From positions 1 to 27,348 of the IMG/VR virus record IMGVR_UViG_3300043610_000036: 27,348 bases of DNA. One strand, 5' to 3'. Positions 16,213 through 23,314 of this stretch are shown here, piece by piece (positions within the stretch are counted from its first letter, which is position 1; the number at the start of each line of letters is the position of its first letter). A program made the position numbers and the translations under genes. The notes under the pieces were generated by a model. That model did not search any database and had not been told where the DNA came from. It saw only the letters and a program-made list of their open reading frames with translations. The DNA is from a virus (Duplodnaviria > Caudoviricetes).

Positions 16213-17759
16213 GCAGTGGCGTCATCGCCGGCCGGTTGCCTGGGGACTCCGTTCGGCTTCGATGCGCCGTTCATCGGCTTGCCGTTCGTCGGAGTCGACG
16301 GTGCCGTAGCTGGCGCCTGCGCCTGACCAGATCCGGTCGTCTTGCGAGCGTCGCAGTCGAGCGTGATGCCGAGCCTGTCGAGCTCCTTCATGTCGTCGGC
16401 GTATTCGCGCCAGTGCTCCGATGGATCGAAGCCCTGCTCGCGGACCATCTCGCTGGGCGTCATCACGCCGGCGCGCACGTTGCGCATCAGCGCGAGTCCC
16501 TCGTTCGCTGGATCGAGCATTCCCGCCGGTGGCGGTGTCCATTCGGCCGGGGAGAACTCCACGTCCAGATCGATCAGCTCGAGCGCCTCGAGCATCCACA
16601 TCCACGCCGGTGCGCAGAACTGCGGGATGATCATGTTCCAGCGCCAGTCGTGGACGTCGGACATGTGCGCGAGCCGCGCCATCCGCGCCGAGCTGTAGTT
16701 GACCTGCGAGTAATCGCCGGTCAGGTCTTCGTAGGTCACGCCGAGGCCTGCCGCCACGCCACGGAGCTGCACCTGGGAAAACGATAGGTGGTCGCTCGCC
16801 TGCGGCGGATTCGCAACGGTGACCTGCTTGCCGACCGGCAGGTTCATGATCATGCCGGGTTCGAACGTGTCGATCTGCTGACCGGCAGCCGACTCACTCG
16901 GCTCACCAAGCGCGGTGCCGGATCCGTCGACGTCGGTCACAAACGCCGTCATGCAGGCGGCGATCTTCTGCTTCATCAACGTCGCGTCTTCGAACTCATC
17001 GAAGTCGCTTAGCCGCACGGCGACCGACGCAAGCCACGACGGCCCGTGAACCTGGCCGGGCCGTTCCTGATCGTAGACGTGCAGCACGCCATTGGCTGGG
17101 ATGCGTCGAGACTCCATGCCTGTCCCGCTCATCGGCATCGAGTTGCCGCCCGGATGCTGGTCGAACAGCCAATAGGCGACGCGGCGGCCGACTGCATCGA
17201 ACTCGATCCCCTGGATGATCACTCCGCCCTGCTCGCCTTGGATGCCGTCTTTGCCGGTGTCGATGAAGTCTGGCTCGAGCACCTGGAGCTGCATCGGGAT
17301 CGCCAGCCCGTCTTCGGGGCGCCGCATCCGACGACGGATCAAAACCTCGCCGGACTCGACGACGGTACGCATCACGAGCTTTTGCAAGCCGTAGAACGTG
17401 AGCCGACCCGCGGCATCGCATTGCGTGGTCTCGGCCCAGAGCTTCCATCGCTCCATCACGAGCTTGGCGCCGCCACCGGTCGCCTTCGGGCGAATGCCCC
17501 AACCTACCGTGTTTGCGACAATCCGCTTGATGCCGCGGCGTGCGTAGGGATTGTTGCGCGCGAGATCGCGTGCCTTGCCTCGCAGATGAGACAACTGCCC
17601 CGATGCTGCGGAGTTCGCATCGCTCGACAGCCGCGACCACCCGCTCGTGCGCCTGCCCACGCTCGCCGCTTCGAAGTGCCGGACCTTGAGCCGAGCTTGC
17701 GCTCGCGACTGGCCCCACTTCGGGGACAGCCACGCGATCAACCGCTCGAAGCGATTCAC
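16209..17759 (-). CDS. Portal protein, lambda family
   Basis: LRGKARDLARNNPYA, GIEFD..GRRVAYW, RPGQVHG, YEDLTGDYSQVNYSSAR motifs. Confidence 0.96.
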   Translation of the reverse strand: MNRFERLIAWLSPKWGQSRAQARLKVRHFEAASVGRRTSGWSRLSSDANSAASGQLSHLRGKARDLARNNPYARRGIKRIVANTVGWGIRPKATGGGAKLVMERWKLWAETTQCDAAGRLTFYGLQKLVMRTVVESGEVLIRRRMRRPEDGLAIPMQLQVLEPDFIDTGKDGIQGEQGGVIIQGIEFDAVGRRVAYWLFDQHPGGNSMPMSGTGMESRRIPANGVLHVYDQERPGQVHGPSWLASVAVRLSDFDEFEDATLMKQKIAACMTAFVTDVDGSGTALGEPSESAAGQQIDTFEPGMIMNLPVGKQVTVANPPQASDHLSFSQVQLRGVAAGLGVTYEDLTGDYSQVNYSSARMARLAHMSDVHDWRWNMIIPQFCAPAWMWMLEALELIDLDVEFSPAEWTPPPAGMLDPANEGLALMRNVRAGVMTPSEMVREQGFDPSEHWREYADDMKELDRLGITLDCDARKTTGSGQAQAPATAPSTPTNGKPMNGASKPNGVPRQPAGDDATA

Positions 17760-17965
17760 AGACCCTTCCGCGTGGAGGCGAGTCTGTACGTGGTGCCGCC
17801 GGTCGATGCGGCCACGACGCCGAGCATCTCGGCGAGCAGGTCGCGCATCTCAGCGAGCGACTGGTACGTGATGCTCCGTCGCGGGGGGCCATCGTACGTC
17901 ACGGTGAGAATTCCCGACGCAACCGCCGCTTTCAGCGCATCGACCTCGGCCTGTGTCCATGCCAT
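17756..17965 (-). CDS. Head completion/head-tail joining protein (gpW-like)
   Basis: MAWTQAEVDALKAAVASG.LTVTY...ITYQSLAEM; stop overlaps the portal GTG. Confidence 0.88.
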   Translation of the reverse strand: MAWTQAEVDALKAAVASGILTVTYDGPPRRSITYQSLAEMRDLLAEMLGVVAASTGGTTYRLASTRKGL

Positions 17966-17976
17966 CGAGGACGTCA

Positions 17977-18002
17977 GGATCACGCCGCGCGCGGCTGGTC
18001 AA
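17977..18002 (-). promoter_or_regulatory. Putative late promoter motif, copy 4 (gpW-portal)
   Basis: TTGACC-N14-TGATCC-N11-ATG(17965). Confidence 0.8.
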
Positions 18003-18029
18003 GGGTGTGCGCTGGCGCAACGGTTCGTG

Positions 18030-18055
18030 TTGACGTGGCTGACTCACCGTGTTCC
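18030..18055 (+). promoter_or_regulatory. Putative late promoter motif, copy 5 (divergent, in front of the inverted cassette)
   Basis: TTGACG-N14-TGTTCC-TGACG-N5-ATG(18066). Confidence 0.75.
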
Positions 18056-18065
18056 TGACGATGGA

Positions 18066-18506
18066 ATGGCATCAGGCTGGTACAACTCCGGGCTTCGCGA
18101 TGTCAACGATCGGACGATCGACCTCGTCGCCGACACCCTCAAGCTGATCCTCGTCACGAGCTCGTACACGCCGGACAAGGATCACGCATTCGCGTCAAGC
18201 CTCACCAACGAGCTCTCCGGCACCGGCTACGCTGGCGGCTTCGCGGGCGCGGGTCGCAAGACGGTCGGCTCGAAGGCGTTCTCGACGGACACCGCGAACG
18301 ACCGGATCGAGTTCACGTGGGGCGGCGTCACGTGGACGGCGATCAATGCGGGCAATCCTAAGTACGCGATCCTCGTCAAGGAGATCACGAACGATGCGGC
18401 CACCCGCCTGATCGCGTTCCTGGACCTCGGCACGGTGGTCACCAACGGCGGCGACTTGACCGTCACCCCCGACGCCACGCTCGGCGCGCTACAGATCACG
18501 GCGTAA
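18066..18506 (+). CDS. Phage hypothetical virion/fibre-associated protein (146 aa)
   Basis: WYNSG....IDLVADTLKLILVTSSYTPDKDH...ELSGTGY.AGG pattern, which I recognise from small phage tail/fibre-associated proteins. True start is the ATG after the promoter motif, not 17046. Confidence 0.75.
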   Translation: MASGWYNSGLRDVNDRTIDLVADTLKLILVTSSYTPDKDHAFASSLTNELSGTGYAGGFAGAGRKTVGSKAFSTDTANDRIEFTWGGVTWTAINAGNPKYAILVKEITNDAATRLIAFLDLGTVVTNGGDLTVTPDATLGALQITA

Positions 18507-18521
18507 GGCCCGAGGGCTGAC

Positions 18522-20021
18522 ATGGCCCTTTCAATTTCGAACAGAGGCTCGGGCACCCACAACACGGGGGCTGCGTCGTTCACGCTGTCGGCGACGTCGA
18601 ACCTCGCGGCGGGCAGCACAGCGGTGCTCTGCATTGCAGCCGACAACTCGGGCGGCGCCGGTGATGTCAACGACTTCACGACGGTCACCGACACGCTCGG
18701 CAACACCTGGACCAAACGCCAGAGTCCCGTGTTCGACAACGGAGCGGCGAGCGCCGGTGTTCAGGGCGCGATCTTCACGACGTACCAGAACGCAGGCGCG
18801 ATCCAGACCGGTACCGTCATCACGGTCAGCACCACGTCATCGCCGGTCGCCAAGACCTGGACACTGACAGAGATCGTTCCTGCGGCAGGCACTCAGGCTC
18901 AGTTCCGCACCGGCGGCAACAAGTCGGCGGGTGCGACCGGAACCGTGCTCGCGATGGGCGCCTCGGTGACGGTGAACATCGGCGAGGTCATCGTTGCTGC
19001 GTTCTTCCTGGAGTCCGGGACCACGCAGTCGGTCACCACGCCGGATGCGGATGTCACCAACGGATCGTGGTCGACGAACCAATACAACGAGATCGGCTCG
19101 ACGACGTCGGGCTCTGGGATCATCTCGCAGGCGAAGCTCCAGACGACCGCGAACAGCACGCAGAGCTACGACGTCACCGTCGGAATCTCGTCGGACTACC
19201 ACGGCAGCTACGTCATCTTCACGGAGATCGCCGCGCCGCAGACGATCACGCCGACCACAGCGATCGCCGCCGCGGCCGCAGCCTCGCCGACGATCACGCT
19301 AGGCGCGCTCGCAATCACGCCGACTCAAGCCGCGGCGACGAGCGCAGCGGCATCGCCGACGGTCACCCTCGGCGCGATCACGGTGACGCCGACAACGGCG
19401 GCCGCTGCAGCGACCGCAGCGGCCCCCACGGTGGCGAACGCCGTGAACGTGACACCGACGACTGCGATTGCCGCATCGTCGGCCGCCTCACCAACGGTCA
19501 CGCTTGGATCGCTCGCTTTGACGCCCACGCAGGCTACGGCGACGAGCTCGGCGACGAGCCCGACGGTCGCGCGCGGAGCGCTGGTGATCACGCCCACGCA
19601 AGCGGTAGCGACCTCGTCAGCCGCCGCGCCCACCGTCACCCGGGGCGCGATCGCCGTCACCCCTACTGCGGCAATCGCAGCGGCGACAGTCGCAGTTCCG
19701 ACCGTGGATGTCGGCGGCGGTGCACAGAACATCACGCCGACGCAGGCAGTCGCTGCATCGTCTGCCGCAGCTCCCACGGTAACGCCCGGCGCGCTCGCAA
19801 TCACACCGACGACGGCAATCGCGAGCGGCACAGCCGCAGCGCCGGTGGTCGTACGCGGGGCGCTCACGCTGACGCCCACGGCGGCGATCGCGACGAGCTC
19901 GGCCGCCGCACCGGTGGTCGCGAATCAGGGTGGTCTGGCGGTGGTCGTCATCGCCGCCGACATCCGCTCACCCCTCTCGACCGTAATTGTGATCACAAGA
20001 GGATCCAGCGTGGAGGTCTAG
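18522..20021 (+). CDS. Putative fibre/appendage protein: ~240-aa beta-sandwich head plus repeat shaft
   Basis: GAGG RBS; Thr/Ala/Ser-rich; ten ~23-aa repeats in the C-terminal half. Confidence 0.75.
   Translation: MALSISNRGSGTHNTGAASFTLSATSNLAAGSTAVLCIAADNSGGAGDVNDFTTVTDTLGNTWTKRQSPVFDNGAASAGVQGAIFTTYQNAGAIQTGTVITVSTTSSPVAKTWTLTEIVPAAGTQAQFRTGGNKSAGATGTVLAMGASVTVNIGEVIVAAFFLESGTTQSVTTPDADVTNGSWSTNQYNEIGSTTSGSGIISQAKLQTTANSTQSYDVTVGISSDYHGSYVIFTEIAAPQTITPTTAIAAAAAASPTITLGALAITPTQAAATSAAASPTVTLGAITVTPTTAAAAATAAAPTVANAVNVTPTTAIAASSAASPTVTLGSLALTPTQATATSSATSPTVARGALVITPTQAVATSSAAAPTVTRGAIAVTPTAAIAAATVAVPTVDVGGGAQNITPTQAVAASSAAAPTVTPGALAITPTTAIASGTAAAPVVVRGALTLTPTAAIATSSAAAPVVANQGGLAVVVIAADIRSPLSTVIVITRGSSVEV
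19245..19930 (+). repeat. About 10 degenerate 69-bp (23-aa) coding repeats
   Basis: Consensus approximately (I/V/L)TPT(T/Q)A(I/V)AxSxAAxPTVTxGA(L/I)x. Confidence 0.9.
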
Positions 20022-20025
20022 CCAA

Positions 20026-20349
20026 ATGAGAGATGCGTTCAGCTTCAAGCGCACCGAGCGCCTCCCGTCTCGCGAGATGACGCTCAAATCTGCGGCGACG
20101 TTCGACCTTGCATCTGCCTCAAGCGTCAAATTCGTCTACCGCACGAAGGGCATCGTCGAGCGCCGCGAGCTCGCCGCCGTAGTGGTCGATGCGCCAGCCA
20201 AGAGGATCCGCGTCGACTTCGGTGACACCGACGTTGCGATCGTCGGCAAATTCGAATGGCACATCGAAGTGGTGCTCGGCGGTAAGCTGATGACGTTCCC
20301 AGAGGGTGGATTCTTCACGTTCGCGGTGACCGGGAATATCGAGGCCTAG
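20026..20349 (+). CDS. Small BppU-N-terminal-like adaptor protein
   Basis: FSFKRTERLPS..TL.....FDL...VKF......VVDA...RIRVDF..TD....GKF..EV......TFP..G pattern; GGAGG RBS. Confidence 0.65.
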   Translation: MRDAFSFKRTERLPSREMTLKSAATFDLASASSVKFVYRTKGIVERRELAAVVVDAPAKRIRVDFGDTDVAIVGKFEWHIEVVLGGKLMTFPEGGFFTFAVTGNIEA

Positions 20350-22253
20350 CGGCGCTTGCCGAGCCAACCGCTGCGCGGGCGGCTGATGAACCGGTCGCGC
20401 TGGGGATCCGGCTGCGTTCGCGGTGGTACGGCAGGTTGCGGCGCGGGTTCACCGCTCGGTGCAGGCGGCGTCATACGCGCAGCCGGCGCGAGGCGATCGA
20501 TCCCGAGCACGGCGGCAGCAACGCGCGCCAGGATCCGGGCGTCCAGGAAGTGGTTCTCGCGATTGGCCTGGCAGTGCCACTCCATTCGCGCGCGACCGGT
20601 CCGCCGGTTGACCGACGTCACGAGGTGCTCGGCAGTGATCTGCTGAAAGAAGCCATCGCTGTACTCGGGAAAGTGGCAGTAGCCCGGCGGGGCGATGCCG
20701 TCCGCGCCGACGCGCAGGCGCAACCAGCCGTAGAGCTCGGACTTCGCGATGTCGACACCGGTCAGCCAGACCTTGTAGCCGCGCTGCATCCGCTTGCCAC
20801 GCACGGTGACGTCGACCGGTGACGGCGTCCCGACCAGCATCCGGGCGCCCGGCGCGCCCTTGCACGCGATCACGCGCGTCATCGGATGCTGACGGGCCCA
20901 TCCGTAGACCACCTGCGTGTTGTAACCGCTGTCGACGCCGAGCATCGCGATCGAAAACTCGCGCTCGCCCTCACCGCGGTACGACCGCGCGAGCAGCGCG
21001 TCGAGCTGCGCCCACGTCGACTCGAGCGCGGTGTCGCCGTAGAGCTCGCCGGCATCCACCGACCAGCTCTCTTTGTTCGGCGCCCACCCGACGACCTCGT
21101 AGACTAGGCGATCCTTCTGCACGTCGACGCCAGCGGTGAGGACCACGACGCCTGCGGGCACGCTGCCGATCGGATATTGCTCGCGGCGCTGGTAGAGGCG
21201 ATCCCAGTCGGGCGCGTCGCCGCGCTCGTGCCACGTCTCGCCCAGCCATGTATTCACGAACGTCTTGAGCTTCTCGGTGCCGCCGCGCTTGGCAGCGAGG
21301 AACTCGGTCGCGATCTGCCCCCATGTCGCGTTAGGGCTGAGCGAATAGGCGCTCCAAATATGGAATGAGGCGTGGCCGTGGAACTCAGCCTCCGCGCGCC
21401 ATTCGCCGCGCTCGATCATCGGTCGCTTCTGCTTGTCCTCGATGACGCACCCGTTCGCGCGGCACTCGAAACACGCGGTCTCTGGCTTGCCCTCGTCCCA
21501 GCGCATGACGTGCCCGCGCTCAGCCTTGCGGTCGAACGCGAGGAAGTCCATATGCCCGCACTGCGGACAGGGCACGTGATACCTGCGCTGGTCACCAGCG
21601 AGGAACATCTCCTCGATACGCGACGCGCCGGCAACGAGCGGAGTCGAGCCCGCAATGATCTTGCGGTTCGCGTAGTACTCCGTTCGTCGAGTACCAAGCT
21701 CGATCTGGTCACCTTCGGCGCCGGCACTCGGCGGGTAGCCGTCGACCTCGTCGAAGATCACGACACGGCGCGAGACGCGACGGAAGCCGCGGCCACTGTT
21801 TGCGCCCACCATGGTCAACACGCCGCCGGGAAACACCTTCGCGAGTACCGTCTGCTCTGCGTTGAACGACGACGCCGATCCGATCGCGCGCGCCAGCACT
21901 TCGACGTCGCGAATCATCGGGCCGATCTCTTCCTTCGAGTAGCCCTTGGCGTCCTCGACGGTCGGCTGGACCAGCAAGATGGGACAGGGGTCCTGGTGTA
22001 TGAAGTATCCGATGGCCGCGTTGATGGCCTTGGTGTATCCGCAGCGTGCGGACTTCATCCACGTCACGCGCTCGACCCGCGGATCCGTGATCGCGTCCAT
22101 CACGCCCTTCTGATATGGGAGAGTTTTCCAACGACCGGCGTCAGCAGACGACTCCGCCGAGAGCCACATGTAGCGGTCCGCCCATTCGCTGAGCGAAAGC
22201 TTCGGCGGTGGACGGAGCGCTTCTTCGACGCCGTCGAGGAAGTCGTCGGTCAT
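20346..22253 (-). CDS. terL: Terminase large subunit, lambda gpA family
   Basis: PYQ Q-motif, Walker A KSARCGYTK, Walker B VIFDEVDGY, GSTP, CPQCGH, LTAGVDVQ nuclease motif; ATG at 22253 overlaps the upstream TGA. Confidence 0.97.
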   Translation of the reverse strand: MTDDFLDGVEEALRPPPKLSLSEWADRYMWLSAESSADAGRWKTLPYQKGVMDAITDPRVERVTWMKSARCGYTKAINAAIGYFIHQDPCPILLVQPTVEDAKGYSKEEIGPMIRDVEVLARAIGSASSFNAEQTVLAKVFPGGVLTMVGANSGRGFRRVSRRVVIFDEVDGYPPSAGAEGDQIELGTRRTEYYANRKIIAGSTPLVAGASRIEEMFLAGDQRRYHVPCPQCGHMDFLAFDRKAERGHVMRWDEGKPETACFECRANGCVIEDKQKRPMIERGEWRAEAEFHGHASFHIWSAYSLSPNATWGQIATEFLAAKRGGTEKLKTFVNTWLGETWHERGDAPDWDRLYQRREQYPIGSVPAGVVVLTAGVDVQKDRLVYEVVGWAPNKESWSVDAGELYGDTALESTWAQLDALLARSYRGEGEREFSIAMLGVDSGYNTQVVYGWARQHPMTRVIACKGAPGARMLVGTPSPVDVTVRGKRMQRGYKVWLTGVDIAKSELYGWLRLRVGADGIAPPGYCHFPEYSDGFFQQITAEHLVTSVNRRTGRARMEWHCQANRENHFLDARILARVAAAVLGIDRLAPAARMTPPAPSGEPAPQPAVPPRTQPDPQRDRFISRPRSGWLGKRR

Positions 22254-22705
22254 CGCCGTTTCGCTTGCCTGTGGTACCGACCCGGCGATAGCAGGTCGTG
22301 ACCATTCCGAACGCGCCAAGCGATAGCCCCGCGGCTCAGTCCAGTTAAAGCGGCAATCTCGTTAAGTGTCAGACCTACGCCGCGAACGTCATGACGATCT
22401 CCGGCCGGGGCCGCGCGCTTCCTCGCAATCCTATCGCAATCATCAGAGCACGTATGTCGCCGTCCCTCAGTTGCCTTGCCACAGACGTTACAGACGCACG
22501 GCACCGACCTTCGCCGAGACGCTCCGAAACACGTGTGATTGCAAAATCGCCGCTCGGCAAACGCCGTAACCGATTCCCTGCTTCCGCGAACCGTCTTGCC
22601 GCATCCCGTGGGGCCGACCGCTACCACTCGACGATGCTGCTCGAGTGCCGCTCGGATCTCAGCAACGGCACGAATCTCATACGCACGACGCTCGAGCTTG
22701 CTCAT
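22250..22705 (-). CDS. Chimeric ORF: SF2-helicase N-terminal fragment fused to Cys-rich Zn-finger motifs and a C-terminal HTH
   Basis: RRAYE..AV.EI...RVVAVGPTGCGKT, then RRFCNHTC, CVCNVCGK...HTCSDDC and LTLNEIAALTGLSRGAIAWRVRNG; coupled by ATGA overlaps to both terS and terL. Confidence 0.65.
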   Translation of the reverse strand: MSKLERRAYEIRAVAEIRAALEQHRRVVAVGPTGCGKTVRGSRESVTAFAERRFCNHTCFGASRRRSVPCVCNVCGKATEGRRHTCSDDCDRIARKRAAPAGDRHDVRGVGLTLNEIAALTGLSRGAIAWRVRNGHDLLSPGRYHRQAKRR

Positions 22706-23187
22706 TTTCTTTCTCCTGATATTCCGTTGGCCAGGTCCTCGAGCGCTTCCCTGATGAGCTCGTCGAGCTGGCGGATGTCTTCGGCCGCGATGTGCGGCAT
22801 CTGCTGTCTCACCCGGGCGGGCACGGCCAGGAGCTTCGCCTTGACCGCCAGGAACCTATCGGCGACGGCGGCGCGCACCCTATCTGCTCGCACGAGCTCG
22901 CCGAGGCGTTCCTGCAAGTCGAGCTCTGCGCCCTGTGCGCGAGCCTCTTCGTAGCGCGCGCGCGACACGGCAATCGAGGATTGCCCAGCCGCTTCGAGCT
23001 GGGAGGTGACGCTCGGAGTGGATCGCGTGTTCTCCTGCCACTCCTGATCGGCGAGCTCGGGATCGGAAATCGCTGGACGCCCATGGTGCTCGATCACGCA
23101 CCGACGCAGCCTACCCTCCTGCACTGCCTTGGTGACGGCCGCACGAGAAACACCGCGCCGTCGCGCGTAAGACGCCAGTGACGTCAC
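22702..23187 (-). CDS. terS: Terminase small subunit (lambda Nu1-like)
   Basis: N-terminal HTH SLASYARRRGVSRAAVTKAVQEGRL, coiled coil ARAQGAELDLQERLGELV, LLAVPARV. Start uncertain (GTG 23187 or ATG 23229). Confidence 0.88.
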   Translation of the reverse strand: MTSLASYARRRGVSRAAVTKAVQEGRLRRCVIEHHGRPAISDPELADQEWQENTRSTPSVTSQLEAAGQSSIAVSRARYEEARAQGAELDLQERLGELVRADRVRAAVADRFLAVKAKLLAVPARVRQQMPHIAAEDIRQLDELIREALEDLANGISGERK

Positions 23188-23247
23188 GGTGTTGGTCAAT
23201 GATGTCAATGTGTTAACCGACTCCAGCATGGTCAGAGGTAGAAATCA

Positions 23248-23292
23248 GGCGCCGTTCCTTACCCGTACGGCATGGGGCATGGGGAAGAACCT
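23248..23292 (-). other. Putative lambda-type cos site (cosQ-like + cosN, predicted 12-nt cohesive end GGTAAGGAACGG at 23252-23263)
   Basis: AGGTTCT-N18-TACG|GGTAAGGAACGG|CGC parallels lambda GGGTCCT...TACG|GGGCGGCGACCT|CGC, directly upstream of terS. Confidence 0.7.
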
Positions 23293-23314
23293 AACCCCGT
23301 GGCCCCTACCCCCA

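Noticed and set aside
17046-18065. 340-codon N-terminal extension of the plus-strand ORF 17046-18506
   Set aside because: Overlaps portal and gpW on the opposite strand; protein-like sequence and the promoter motif start at ATG 18066.
19245-19930. Regularly spaced repeats as a CRISPR array or DGR template/variable repeat
   Set aside because: Degenerate in-frame coding repeats varying at synonymous positions; no spacers, no adenine-specific pattern noticed, no cas or reverse transcriptase gene.
18003-20349. Invertible (Gin/Cin-type) segment hypothesis for the reversed cassette
   Set aside because: No inverted repeats flanking both ends and no invertase seen in the window; the right end is fused stop-to-stop with terL.
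22250-22705. Intein or intact homing endonuclease after the Walker A motif
   Set aside because: No intein N-terminal block or C-terminal HN motif, and no HNH/LAGLIDADG/GIY-YIG catalytic motif visible.
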